64,000 bases of DNA from Basidiobolus meristosporus CBS 931.73 (GCA_002104905.1 MCFE01000139.1:1-64000); one strand, 5' to 3'; positions 1-12,383 are shown, counted from the stretch's first letter. A program made the numbers and translations. Notes: a model not told the origin generated them from the letters alone.

Positions 1-117
1 ATACTTATTTTTTGCTTGCTTATTAATAAGAATCCAAGATCTTCCAAAGAGCCGAAGCCATATAAAGGAGCCTGACGACACTCGTTGTTAAACCCAGTGT
101 TACCTTTCAAGTCGAAT

Positions 118-1209
118 ATGTCTACACCAGCTATCTTCACTCCTATTAAGCTCGGAAACAAAGAGCTCAAGCATCGTGTTGTTCTTGCTCCCCTGACTCG
201 CTGCAGAGCTGATGAAAATGCTGTTCCTACCGAGCTGATGAAGGAGTATTATTCTCAACGTGCCACTGAGGGTGGTCTTCTGATAACTGAAGCCACCTTT
301 ATCTCCCGACTTGCTGGCTCCTACACCAACGTCCCAGGCATCTATAACAAAGACCAAATCAACGCTTGGAAGAGCATCACTGACGCAGTTCATGCTAAGG
401 GTGGTGTCATTTTCCTTCAACTCTGGCACATTGGACGTGCTGCTTCTGCTGCATTGAATGAAGGACATCAACCTGTCTCTGCTTCCGACATTCCCATTAC
501 CGGCGTGACTATTCAGGGTGCCCCTGAAGTCCCTCGTGCTCTTGCCATCCCAGAAATTAAGGCCTTAGTCCAAGACTATCGCCAAGCAGCGTTGAACGCT
601 ATTGAGGCCGGCTTTGACGGAGTAGAAATTCATTCGGCAAATGGCTACCTTCTGGATCAGTTCATTAACACATCAAGTAACAAGCGTACCGACATTTATG
701 GCGGATCGATCGAAAATCGTTGCCGCTTCAGTCTTGAGGTAGTCGATGCTGTTGTCGATGCTATTGGTGCTGAGCGCACAGCCATTCGTTTCTCTCCCTG
801 GTCTGGCTTCCAAGATATGTTGGATGACACTCCTTATGAAACCTGGGGATACCTGACCAAAACTCTTCAAACAAACCATCCTGACTTGGCGTACCTTCAC
901 TTTGTGGAGCCTCGTAGTAACTTCTTTTTGGATGACGTGGTTCAAACTCCCAACACCCTTGATCCTTTCCGCAAGGAGTGGAAAGGTGTGTTTATTAGCG
1001 CTGGCGGATACACTTATGATGCCAAGCTTGCTTTTGACACTTGTGAAAGGACTGGAAATCTGGTCGCCTTTGGTCGTCGTTTCATCGCGAACCCTGATCT
1101 CGTGGAGCGTCTTCGCCACGACTTGCCCTTGAACGACTATGATCGTAGTACTTTCTACAATTGTAGTGGCCCAGTTGGTTATACCGACTATCCTTTCTAC
1201 AAGCAATAA
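118..1209 (+). CDS. NADH:flavin oxidoreductase / old yellow enzyme (classical OYE), intronless, 363 aa from ATG 118
   Basis: Motifs APLTR, YYSQRA, LITEAT, FLQLWHIGR, catalytic HSANGYLLDQF (His/Asn/Tyr), RTDIYGGSIENRCRF, GRRFIANPDL and YTDYP. TATAAA at 61-66. The ORF track starts at TTG 85; the first ATG is 118. Confidence 0.95.
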   Translation: MSTPAIFTPIKLGNKELKHRVVLAPLTRCRADENAVPTELMKEYYSQRATEGGLLITEATFISRLAGSYTNVPGIYNKDQINAWKSITDAVHAKGGVIFLQLWHIGRAASAALNEGHQPVSASDIPITGVTIQGAPEVPRALAIPEIKALVQDYRQAALNAIEAGFDGVEIHSANGYLLDQFINTSSNKRTDIYGGSIENRCRFSLEVVDAVVDAIGAERTAIRFSPWSGFQDMLDDTPYETWGYLTKTLQTNHPDLAYLHFVEPRSNFFLDDVVQTPNTLDPFRKEWKGVFISAGGYTYDAKLAFDTCERTGNLVAFGRRFIANPDLVERLRHDLPLNDYDRSTFYNCSGPVGYTDYPFYKQ

Positions 1210-2542
1210 TCATTTAGACGCTCATCAATTAGTACACCAATTATTTTTTTTCTAGTACCATTCAGCCAACTACCTACATAAACATAGAAGATCCCCGTTA
1301 GCCAATCGGTTTTTTTATTTTCTTTCTATCTCGATCTGTGATTTACTCTGAAAATGGTGTGTTTCATTGTTCCAGAACATTCTGGCAGGGTATACAGTAG
1401 AGCAACCCTGTATTTTGAATCTCTCAGCGTGCTTGAATCGGTGCTGGCATTGTATTAGACAAGATATGGATGGGGTCTGTGACTACGCCAATATATTCCA
1501 AGAAGATGGGAGCCTAACCCTCCATAAACTAGAATGATCCGTAGAAGAATTATTGTGAGGAGCAGCAGCAGCAGCTTGGATGATAACAATTCATGTGACA
1601 AGATCGATATAGATATATATAGGGCTAGGGAGGAGACAGTTGTCAGTAGGTGAATTCTTTATCCCGGTTTGAACAAAGATGCCATAACTACATTTGAATT
1701 TCTTAGCAAAAGTATTCGGTATAGAGGAGGCGGCAATCTGGATACTGGCATGAAGTGATAACTCTACACCGCTCAAGACATAGGGAATAGTAGTGAGTAT
1801 TGGTATATGATAGGGACTAACATTCACTGTAAAGGGGTGAATTTCAAAGTACCGTAGCCAACGACCTCCGTGCATTGTGTGGAGACAAATTTCGACTTCA
1901 GATTTGTGACTACAGAACAGATTTAGCATACAGGAACCTTGTCAGGTTTTGTGTAGTCCCAGAGGATGAATGGGAATAATGGGTGGACAGCAGGTTGCTC
2001 GCTTTTATGAAGCCTTCTTGCTTCAGTGTTAACGAAGAATGGCCTCACCAGGAGAACCAGAGAGAGAGATCACTCAGTTTTGTCAAATAGGAGCCACGAA
2101 TAGCAGCCTGAAGAAGCACAATCCAAAGCGTAAGGGTCGGAGAAGATACCGATATCAACATACATATAAAGGGCATTGGAAATGCATTTAAGTGGCAATA
2201 AGATCTACAAGATATCAATGAGGCATAGAGAGAGCATATTCAGAATTTTCAGGAAAGGCATCAAAAGGTGTTCACTTGCAGAAAACAAGTGGTAATGGGC
2301 TGAAGATCGCTCTACAACAAACTCAACATATACATGTTACTTGAATGAATAGGTTAGACTCCCCAGAGGGGAGTTTCGAGGGCTAAAGCAACCGTCCATT
2401 GCCCCTGCGTTGTTGTCGGAGCATTAACAAAAGGTTTTGTGAAGTGTACAACTTAGTAAAACAAGGTTGAAAAAATAATTTAATAACTATCTTGCAACCC
2501 ACAAGCGTGTCCATCCTATACCACAAATACGACCCTCTCAGA

Positions 2543-4564
2543 CTACCAAATGCTAGCTCTTTGTGCTTCGCTGCGATACATTTTGTCTCCTTCCTTTACA
2601 CCAAAAGCATCGTAGAATTCTTGGGAATTGGAACAAGGTCCGTTAACCCTCCAAATGGCGGGGGAATGTACATCGGTACGAAGCAGCAATAGCGCTGTTT
2701 CTTTCAGAGTCACCTCCTTCCATGTCTGAGCGTACGCAGTGAAGAATTGTTGCTCGGGGGTAAGGCCATCTACAATGCCGGCAACGCCTGGGTTGATCTT
2801 TTGCCATTCTTGGAAAGCGAGGTTGGACAGCTTAACCCCGCCAATATCGGCAATATTCTCACCTAGAGTTAGGTTGCCGTCAACCTTTGCCCCGTATATC
2901 TCATAGCTGCTGTAAAGATCAACCACAATTTTGGCCCGTTTTTCGAACTCGGCAAGGTCCTTTGGGGTCCACCAATCCTCCAGGATACCCTGGGCATTGT
3001 AGTTGCGGCCCTGATCGTCGAAGCCATGGGTGATTTCATGGCCAATGATTGTCCCAATACCGCCAAAATTGGCCGCAGGATTCCCGTTGGGATTTTTCTC
3101 GTCGGGTGCGTAGAAGAATGGAGGTTGAAGAATGCCAGCGGGGAAAGCAATGCTGTTGGAAGTGGGATCATAGTAAGCATTCACTTCATAGGCTTCCATC
3201 GCCCATCCCGATTGATCTGTTGGAGCATTGGTGGCCTCGAGAACGCTTTTGAAGTTTTCTTTAGATGCGTTGAGCACATTCGTAACGAGTGGCTGGCTAC
3301 GAGAGATTTTGATATCTGAGTAAGAATCCCATTCGTCGGGATAGCCGATCAAAATTTTGAGTGCGTTTAATTTTTCCAGCGCACGTGCTCGAGTTTCAGG
3401 GCCCATCCACTCTATCGTCTCTAGGCGGGTAGCAAGCGCGCCCTGGATGAGTCTAACCATCTCCAAGACCTGCGCTTTGGCTTCAGGTTTGAATTTCTCC
3501 TCAACGAATGCCTTGCTCAAGGAGTCAGGGATTTGCCCACCAATTACCTGTAGGACAAACTTCCAGCGAGGCGATGGCTCACTCTGCCCCATAAGGGTAC
3601 GACCAAAGAATTCAAAAGTTTCGGTTTCAAACTGCTTGCCCAGATACACTGCGGTAGAGCCCATGATCTTCCATTGCAAGTATGTCCGCCAATCATTAGC
3701 TTGGAAGTTACTGAATAGGGAGTTGATATACTCGAAGAAAGCTGGGTTGTCGATGATTACATCTCCATCACCAAAGCAGTGACCCTTAGGCCACCCTAAG
3801 GACTGGCAGTACGTATACCAAGGGAAGGCAGGAGTAATGGATCTCAACTTCTGGAAGCTGAGCCTGTTGTAGGTACGATATACATCCCGAGATTCGACAG
3901 ACGACAACGTATGGTTGGCCAGAGCAGTCTCGAAGTCCAACACAACCTTGGCTTTGGCCTCGCCCTGATCAATTTGCGCCAAAGTGAAGATTTTTGTGAT
4001 GTAGTCCAGATATTTCTCTCGGATCCCCGCCTGGTTAGCATCTAAATAGTATTCTTCACTGGGAAGGGAGTAGCCCCCTTGTGCTAGGGAGGCCAGTGTC
4101 CAGGTTGAGTTTTTAGCATCGGGTTGGGCCCCAATGCCAAATAGAGGGGACATAGCCAGGCTATGGAGTTTCCCAACAGCTTTGGCGACATCATCTGGAG
4201 TGCGGACGCTTGCAGCTTGGTTCAACAGGGTTCTTATGGGCTCTAAACCCGCCTGCTCAATCAATGTAATGTTCATGCCTGAAGCATAGAAATCGCCCAA
4301 CAGGCTAGATTCGGTCGAGTTTCCGGCCTTCTCCAGTACAGTCAGAAGAAATTCCGAGTTGAGCTCAGATACAACTGATATAGTACTCCGTTGAGACTCG
4401 TCCGGCGAAAGGGTCGTGTTTTTGATCCAGTCGTAGTTGACATGGAAGTAGAAGTCTTCAGCTGCAGTAGGCACTTGTGGTGGCAGGACCTGTGCATGGA
4501 CGAAGCCACCATTAATCGCTAACGATAGTGTAAGAAGAGAGAATAATCTTTGCATGGTAACCAT
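2543..4564 (-). CDS. Secreted M13-family zinc metallopeptidase (neprilysin/PepO-like), 673 aa, intronless
   Basis: Hydrophobic signal peptide. Motifs VNAYY, HEITH (HExxH), GENIADIGG, DVHSP and C-terminal ...RASIW. Confidence 0.95.
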   Translation of the reverse strand: MVTMQRLFSLLTLSLAINGGFVHAQVLPPQVPTAAEDFYFHVNYDWIKNTTLSPDESQRSTISVVSELNSEFLLTVLEKAGNSTESSLLGDFYASGMNITLIEQAGLEPIRTLLNQAASVRTPDDVAKAVGKLHSLAMSPLFGIGAQPDAKNSTWTLASLAQGGYSLPSEEYYLDANQAGIREKYLDYITKIFTLAQIDQGEAKAKVVLDFETALANHTLSSVESRDVYRTYNRLSFQKLRSITPAFPWYTYCQSLGWPKGHCFGDGDVIIDNPAFFEYINSLFSNFQANDWRTYLQWKIMGSTAVYLGKQFETETFEFFGRTLMGQSEPSPRWKFVLQVIGGQIPDSLSKAFVEEKFKPEAKAQVLEMVRLIQGALATRLETIEWMGPETRARALEKLNALKILIGYPDEWDSYSDIKISRSQPLVTNVLNASKENFKSVLEATNAPTDQSGWAMEAYEVNAYYDPTSNSIAFPAGILQPPFFYAPDEKNPNGNPAANFGGIGTIIGHEITHGFDDQGRNYNAQGILEDWWTPKDLAEFEKRAKIVVDLYSSYEIYGAKVDGNLTLGENIADIGGVKLSNLAFQEWQKINPGVAGIVDGLTPEQQFFTAYAQTWKEVTLKETALLLLRTDVHSPAIWRVNGPCSNSQEFYDAFGVKEGDKMYRSEAQRASIW

Positions 4565-6189
4565 TCAATGAATGGGATGTTTTCTGGCTGATGACCGCTG
4601 GAGAGATTGTTTGGGAGATTATATATCCTAGGCTTCGAAGTTACCAGACAACTAGATCATAATCCCTGTCTGATTATGCAAATCCCCCAGATTCACCAGA
4701 TTGGCTCCGCGGTGAATACCAGTATTCCCGCTGTGCCCGTTATGTAAATGACCCCTGATTGTTTGTATTTTTTTAGTGATCTATCCACTAGCTCATCACC
4801 AACTGAGGTGGCACAACCAGATTGCTCGAGAATTTGGAGTAGCGTGACCTCTTGGCAACTTCACATAGATTACTCCTCCTGATTCACTACGCTATCATTC
4901 GAAAGGAATGCATTGTGCTCTCGAAAGCACCACCAGCAGTAGAGAATCTTGGATTCTTTTGGCGGGAATGAAGGACTTGGTTATGGTGGCCAGCACTTGA
5001 AGGAAAACCCTCTCATAGTCAATACTCCACAAGACTCTCAAGATACTGGACTTTCTTAGATTTTAGGGTTTTATTGATAGAAAGAAAAACCCAAGGGATC
5101 CAAGTCCAAGCTGCAGGATGGTGAAACTTCAAATTAGAATCTACCCTCAGACCAGATATTGGTGATATCCATTGTTTAGGTTAGTCGCAATATTGACCAT
5201 ATTTGGCTATGCTAATCAATTTTAGCTTCGAGATGGGGCCATTCTTGGTGATATGTGTGTGGCACAGGTATTGGCTAGGATTGAAGATCTCAGCACAATA
5301 CCTAATCTGACTACGAATTCTATTGGCTTAGGAGTATCAAAAGGAAAGCAACTTGCTGTATAACAAGATGGCTTATTTTGCAAACACTTGGGTTCTCATT
5401 GCATTACTCCTGCTTTGACTGTTTACTTGGCCATTTTTTAGATTGCAGTGTATTTTCATATGAGTGCTTTGGTAATACTGAAGGGTCGAGATTGTAGATA
5501 GCCTTCGAAGCTACCCCTAAGTCTTCGATTTATGAACATTCTATTCTCATTTGTCTTTGAGAATATACAGATCTTGGGTGTGCTGCCACGGATAGCTCCT
5601 GTCACTCTGCATCTATCCAACTGTTGGTAGTCAAGAACTAAAGTTGAAAGTATTTCTCAGGATAATATACAAAAGCCGTTGGAGTGTGTGTACAAAGATA
5701 TAGGGCATTTGGACAATATGGACATTTGAAGTCGATTCTAATTGATTACTTGGACAGGGAATAATGACGTTAATAGATTGAGATCAAATTGAAAAGGTTA
5801 ATGTAAGCATTTGGAGTATATACAAGTCTTATATTAAGTAGCCAAATAGGCATCTGTGGTGAATATGTGTAGACTAGGTGTCAATCAATCTAAATGTCAT
5901 AAACTTTACCAGAGAATGCAATCTTGAGTGCAGTGCAACTACCCTAAGCTACGTAAGAACAATTATTTGATTTTCCCTACTCTATATGCTGATAGCTTGA
6001 AAGTGTTACAAATACTCAGCTGACACCTGGATTTTGCTGTGAATTTGTTTTTACACCGGAATACTGTTTTGAATATACAGTCTACAACTAAGCCATTCAT
6101 ATAGCATATAACTCTGCTTTTTGTTCCTAAGCTATGGGTTATATACCTAAAACTAGGAAAACAAGTAAAGTACGTGATTTTCCTCTGAT

Positions 6190-6480
6190 AATTTATTGAG
6201 TATACAAGCAACGTATACGCATCTTTACACGATATTGACAAAGCATTCTCATATTATATATTGCAAAAGCCCTCATGAGTATGCGAGCAAAGCTTGGGGG
6301 CTTTTTCTCAGCTGTGAGAACTCGCATGCTTTTGGTACCTGGCATTTTGAAAAAATATTCAAGTAAATCCTGGCAAAGAATCACAATAAGAAGTAATATA
6401 TTTTATTAATTACTTGGGACAGCCTTGAGAGTTTTCATATTCCGAGCGTCTGACATTTTGGTGAGAATATTCCAAGTAAC
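6190..6480 (-). mobile_element. Degenerate fragments related to the Copia-family LTR
   Basis: Core blocks caaagcttgggggc...ggtacctg...aaaatattc.aagtaaatcc match the LTR cores at 39.6, 43.4, 52.5 and 56.2 kb. Boundaries are approximate. Confidence 0.45.
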
Positions 6481-6558
6481 AGCACTGAGCTTGTGCTGAA
6501 ACCAACAGCTGTCATTACTACAATACAAGTAGATAAATTAATATAGCCACTGAGGTAC

Positions 6559-6902
6559 TGTTGTAAGAGTTTTGGAGATATTGGAAGTCACTGGGAGAAT
6601 AAGTAGAATATATGGTTTTCACTTCATGATTTACTGAATGTAAATACAGGATTTGTACTTTTACATGGTCTTGGCATATAGAACACATAAAGTATATTAA
6701 GGAAGGCCCCAAGAGCACGTGTGGAAAGGCTGGGATTGCTTGGACAACTTAACAATTTTTCATGTGCTGGGTACCTGATATTTTGGAGAAAATACTCCAA
6801 GTCCCGGCAAGGAATTTGCCCAGAACTCCCTAAGATTTGTAGACTATGATCTAGTTGACTAAGTTAAGTGAGTATTTAGGTGTAATTGCAAAATTTACAA
6901 CA
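6559..6902 (-). mobile_element. Solo LTR of the Copia family found at 52338-56332
   Basis: Starts TGTTGTAAGAG, ends TTTACAACA, and is colinear with the LTR at 52338-52685. The left flank is GGTAC; the right flank is AAAA then GGTAT, so a TSD is possible but not clean. Confidence 0.8.
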
Positions 6903-7959
6903 AAAAGGTATCTGATGACTCCATGTTTAGAATTTTTATATGGTAGTGGCTAGCAATTTTGAATCAGTTAGGTCTAAGCTCGAATATTGCTACAGGATAT
7001 TTATGAATACTCTATTAAATGCATCCATTCCCCGAAGCTGATAAATAATCATCTTATTAGTTATTTGAAAGCTGCTTGATCAGCTCCTTGGCCAAGTTCA
7101 ATAATGCGAAGGTAGAGATCAAAGAATATATTATTTTAGAGAAGTGGTAGGCCTTGACCATGCTACATCAATGTTGCTTAACGGGGAGTATTTTGAATGG
7201 GGTCACTTAACTCAAGTTTGCAATGTGATTCTTTCTCCAGCAATACAAATAGGGGATAGCGATATGTCAATATCAAAATGTAATATCATGTATTCAAAGT
7301 GCTTGGGGCATTAGATTTGTAGTTGTACTTGAAGGAGTACCAAAACTACATTTCCAGTTGTAACTTTAATATTAAGCATTTTGAATGACTATTTTAATGG
7401 CCATGAAGTGTAGATATCAATGCTGACAATAAGGAGTTTATACCGACGTCGATTGTAATAAAACTTGATTCAACACATTTACAATCGTGGTCAGATCCAG
7501 AAAATGCAACAAAAAATGTTGCTTCCTTCATTCTGGTTGCCTACAGTTGAGAAGCTCATTTGGTCGCAATTTGGAGCAGGGGACTTGTACTGTACTATGG
7601 CGAAAATATGCTTACAGATGAGTGTACTGGATACTCAAAGAAATCCAATAATCACCCATTTTTGAATAAACGCGTTAAAGATGATTTGATGGATATATCA
7701 TACGCGTATTATTTGGCCACTAGTGTGCAATTCCGGTCCATTAGCGCGTACTTGGTTCAGAATTTAATGCCAACAAGCGCACCAATCCTATTTTATCTTA
7801 CCCAACAGAACCCACTGTGATCGGTGAATCGTATTGGTGATAAGCTAAGAAGGATTTAGAACTATCAACAGCGGGCCTTACTTATATGGGCAATGTGGAT
7901 TGTTGGCCACAAACAAGGAAACTTCATAAATATGCCCAACAGCGATACCGTCTTCCAGT

Positions 7960-8739
7960 ATGATCTCTACTGCCAGAATAATCGGCTCCTTTCTTGCCCT
8001 CCTTGCTACTGTCCATTCTGCTCCAGTAGACAGTGGGACGGATGGTTTGATCCATAACCTTGTCTTCAAAAACCAATGCTCGCACAATGTTTGGCTGGCA
8101 TCATCCACTACTTGGGATAACACTCCGCTACCTGCCAACGGAGGGCTGCTCACACCTGGCGAAACATTTACCATTACTGTGGTGGATCAATGGCAAGGCC
8201 GCTTCTGGGGTAGAACTGAGTGTGATTTCGAACATAGGAACATGACCACTAACACTGCTTGTGTCACCGGTGATTGTGGTTCAGGAGAGGAGTACTGTGG
8301 CTATATTTCCGGCAGACCACCTGCTTCTTTAGCCGAATTCACCTTCAATGGCTGGAACGATCTTGATTATTACGATGTATCGCTCGTGGATGGGTACAAC
8401 TTGCCCGTCTCTATTCAACCTCACTCTAAGGTTCCCAACTGGGGAAACCCATACTCCTGTGGAAGCCCCACTGTCGAGAAAGACATCAATCTCATCTGCC
8501 CCGGACCACTCCAGATTCGCGACCACAATGGAGACGTAGTCGGGTGCGAGTCCGCCTGTAGCGCCTTTGGGTTGCCCCAGTACTGCTGCTCTGGCCCAGA
8601 CAGCACACCTCAAACCTGTCACCCAAGTAAATACTCCAAGCTGTTCAAATCAGCCTGTCCCTTCTGCTACAGTTACGCCTATGATGATGCTACCTCCATC
8701 TTCACTTGTCGTGGGGATTACACCATTCAATTTTGTTAA
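7960..8739 (+). CDS. Secreted thaumatin-like protein (PR-5 family), 259 aa
   Basis: Signal peptide. Motifs GRFWGRTEC, CVTGDC, SLAEF, DYYDVSLVDGYNLP, YCC, YSYAYDD and terminal FC. 16 Cys; acidic-cleft R/E/D/D/D residues present. Confidence 0.95.
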   Translation: MISTARIIGSFLALLATVHSAPVDSGTDGLIHNLVFKNQCSHNVWLASSTTWDNTPLPANGGLLTPGETFTITVVDQWQGRFWGRTECDFEHRNMTTNTACVTGDCGSGEEYCGYISGRPPASLAEFTFNGWNDLDYYDVSLVDGYNLPVSIQPHSKVPNWGNPYSCGSPTVEKDINLICPGPLQIRDHNGDVVGCESACSAFGLPQYCCSGPDSTPQTCHPSKYSKLFKSACPFCYSYAYDDATSIFTCRGDYTIQFC

Positions 8740-9644
8740 GCGTCAACCGATCTCTGCATATTGTACATAGCTATTTTGGTCTCTAATAAACCTTCCCTAA
8801 TATCATCTTTGTAGGCTGTTCGAATGGTCAATTTTAGTTCTATCCTGAATATTACTCTACGCCCCTAGCGAGAGGACATCGGGGTATATCACATTCAGAA
8901 TCATGAGCCTTATAGCTTCCCTGCGTGTGAATGTTACAACACTACTAAGTAGCCGTCAACCATTAGTGATTATGAAGCCACTATCAAAAGTATAACCATT
9001 TTGCTATTGATCAATTTGCACCTTTTCTGAATAATTCCGGTTCACTTTCCGGCTCCTATTCCCACCTCCCATACAGCACCCGCTCAACATTATTTCTAAT
9101 GTTTTAGTTATTGGTTTATTTACTACATTCTATCCATCACTCGCGAGGTTCTTGCACTTCGACATGAACGCCGAAACAGTAACCATGACTTCTTTTTTCC
9201 CATCTAATATAGATGCCCTACTTGCTCGTGACAAATACGCCCAGGTCAGGATGGCTTCACCTACAGAGGCTTTGAAAAGCTACGGCGCCCGTTTCTCCTT
9301 GAACTGGGTGTATACCCCTGCTATTTACTCAGAGAACACAACAGCTATTCATATGATCGCTTATGCGTTATAATTAAGCCGTCTGCTTTGTACTAATTCA
9401 TTTTTGGCGAGCATAACTGACAAACATAGCACGATATGGGAAAATGGGGTTACTACTTGCAATTGCAACGGCGGCAAACCAATGAGCGTGCGAGCCAGAT
9501 GGGGAAGTAATCAAAAAGAAACGAAACTAGATTGCCATAGATGTTGCATGAATGCTGGTATTATATATACACGGCGATTGTATACCAATCCCTTGAATGG
9601 CGTAATGGGGGACTTGGGGCAGAAGTGAGGATTCATGAAGATCC

Positions 9645-11006
9645 TCATTTTGAGATTCCCCATATTTCTAGCTCAATACAGGTAAATTTTGGGATTGTTA
9701 ATGGATCGTTGTCAAAGGTCGAGCATCTGTTTGTGACTCCTTTTTCGAATTGATCATCCAGCCAGAGGCCGTATTTGCCATCGCTATGACGCAGTTAGTG
9801 TGGTTTCGTGGGAAGCGTTACAAATGTACCATGTACAACAATACCTAGACCCAACAGCAATGAAACCCAGATCACTCAAGATGTAATATCCGTTTTCTCC
9901 GGAGCTAGTATACACCTTGATTTCAGGCTCTGAGAGAGAGGCGTTCGTCATTTTCCACAGAAAACTACACCGAGATTAGTCAGTTTGCTGCATACGATAT
10001 GAACCTGCATGTACCGACCATTCGCCGTTCCCATAGAACCCTGGATGGGGTTGGAAAGGTTCGGACAGATAAGCTCCAAATGTGTTATCCTCGTTGTCCT
10101 TCAAAGCAAGAATGATAGATCCTTCATAATCTCTTAGTTTCTTGTACATGGTATGGATACTGGCGCCGTGCTGGTCAATGCTATATAGCAACTTCCAAGA
10201 CGGCTCTAATCTCTTAGTACGAGGGATTCTGGAGCGAAGCTTAATAAACAACTTAATGAATACTCTGGTTTAAGCTATCATCTTCTTACACTAACCTCAG
10301 AGCCTAATTCGGTGGAAATAACGGGAGTGGTGCTGTCATCCCTATCCAGGAGCTTGATAGGAGCTAATTCAAGAGCTTTTGATAGAGCAACGATGTTTTC
10401 GGGCGCCGAATAGTCAATGGGGAAAACCACCGATTTTCGCTTGGGAATGGTACCATAACTCTGCGATAAGCGTCTATAAGAATGAAGCTCAGGTCGAAGA
10501 AACTCATTACTCTCAGTTTCGGAGCGAGCCACCGTGCTGATGGATGGTATATTTAGTGCTTCAGTCACTCCAATACTCAGCCGACGTTCGATTTTTGGCA
10601 CCATTAAGGGACTCGAACAAGAATCCCAGTGACGTAGATTCGACCGTTCCGTGTCTCGAACCGAAGGAGTTGCCGGAGGTGAGCAAGCGTTGCACTATTC
10701 TCCGAATTTTTCTGGTTAGGAGACCGAAGGTAAAGTCAAGGAGCAAACAAGACAAACCTCAATAGAAGTCAGATTCAAGGCTGTGGTTGCAGTATCCGAA
10801 CCTGGGGGGAATTCCCACTGCAGCTTTCCATCCGCTTTGGGAGTGAGTATCAAGCTTGAAGGTCTTCTTTGTAATCTGGGGGGTGATAGATCAATCGCTT
10901 GATGAAAGCCACCAGTTATTGAAGAAGAGTATTCAAGCGGATCGCTGTTTGTACGCTGCGAAGGTATATCAAAAGAGATCGTACGAGGCCTTCTAGCGAT
11001 GGACAT
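9645..11006 (-). CDS. OXR1: TLDc-domain oxidation resistance protein (Oxr1-like), 5 exons, 375 aa
   Basis: Hand-built model: exons 11006-10758, 10694-10296, 10239-10019, 9964-9845, 9783-9645 (1128 nt, in frame). GT-AG introns of 63, 56, 54 and 61 nt. TLDc motifs WKLLYSIDQHGASIHTMY, FGAY, FYGNGECFLW, GLWLD, CSTFDNDPL and ELEIWG. Confidence 0.85.
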
Positions 11007-11584
11007 GGCGTATTAGCACGTTGGTTGATAGTGAATTAGAAAGTGTTGCAAAAGAAAGAAATTTGGCTTGTGTAGCACTGGTCAATGGCAGTTATAAAGT
11101 AATCAAAGGTGGTAGAGTCATATAAAACCACTACTGTATAAGTTCAACTCGCAGAAAAAAGCATGACCACTTCAACTACGAGCAAATAGCATGCATTTGG
11201 ATTAATTCAACATCAACCTGTTGATTCGATTGCTAGGATTACACCTTTGAAACAAACAGATGTGACACACCACTTGTAATGTGACTAGGTTCGAAGAACT
11301 AGATGAATTCATCAGACTAGATTCAAACTCTGTTGGGCTCTGAGATTGGATCATTTCTGGTGGTGCACATGACTAGGGAGAATTTCTCACTAATTTGAAA
11401 TGCGAAGCACATGTAGAAGCCTGACTGGGGTTGATGAGCGTGAGTACCCTGATGCTCTCATGTTGCTGATATGATGGCCATTTCAGATTCCAAATCCAGG
11501 CAATAGCATTGGTAAAGCGTAACTACTTCAGGCCAACTCGTCAAGTGGCTTTTAATTCACACCTATCCACTGGGGCCCTGGATC

Positions 11585-11647
11585 GTCATGTGACCGGATC
11601 AAGATGTCAAAAGATTGTTCCCAACATCTGACTCATCCATGACGTCA
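11585..11647. promoter_or_regulatory. Cluster of candidate bHLH/bZIP sites upstream of the Oxr1-like gene
   Basis: GTCATGTGAC 11585-11594, TGACTCA 11629-11635 and TGACGTCA 11640-11647, about 600 bp upstream of ATG 11006. Motif matches only. Confidence 0.3.
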
Positions 11648-12383
11648 ATCAGGCTAATGTACTAACACAGTGGCCCCTCGCCTCTAGTAAATCCTTCCCA
11701 GAAGGTAACGTGTACGTGAAACATTAATTTGTTGACCGTGTTGATCTTGACTCTTTGACATTTACCGATTCACAAGTCTTGCAAAGATCGGGCATCGCAG
11801 AGACCATTGAATGAATTGGCCAAGGGAGACTGTCAGCCAGAAACTCTCACAGAGCCCCGGTGGAATCACCCCAAAGTCCAACCGAAATCTGGAAGACTGC
11901 TGATCGTCGCACCTTCTAGTTGGCCACGGAGCATCGGTAGAGTGTAGGACTTCATCCAAACTCATCTTACGCAGCCAGTCCAAATAGGTTGCTACCTTCT
12001 AACTGGAATTACCATACGGCCAGGCAGTAGCCGCTTATTGAGAATGAAAAACCTCCGCCTTACAGCCATTGGTGCTAATCTAATTAGCCGTGGTCGAATG
12101 GGGATGGGCGGCACTTCAGTGCTGAATTATTTTATATTTGGTCAATCAGAAGATCTGCTACAGAAATGCTAATGTATCTTGAGAAATGTAAGTTATATAA
12201 TGAAACGTCTAGAGTGAAGATTTCAGAAGATGATGCTTGAAAAGGGATTATATACACGAAAATTATAATACCAAGCGAAAAAGAGTATTTAACCCGATAG
12301 AGTGTAAGCGATGACAGATGTGTTAAGGTAGAGATTGCAGAGAGCGTGGCCGGCACAGTGAGATCAGTGGAGCCCGCAATGGC

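Noticed and set aside
1650-1980. Protein-like plus-strand fragments (LNKDAITTFEF...GMK / GEFQSTVANDLRALCGDKFRLQICDYRTDLAYRNLVRF...)
   Set aside because: They join only through a weak GTGATA donor, have no upstream start or open exon, and match no family I recognise. At most a relic.
100-3782. Antisense and alternate-frame ORFs over the OYE and M13 genes, and likewise over thaumatin, S53 and pol
   Set aside because: They are shadows of real coding sequence with no motifs.
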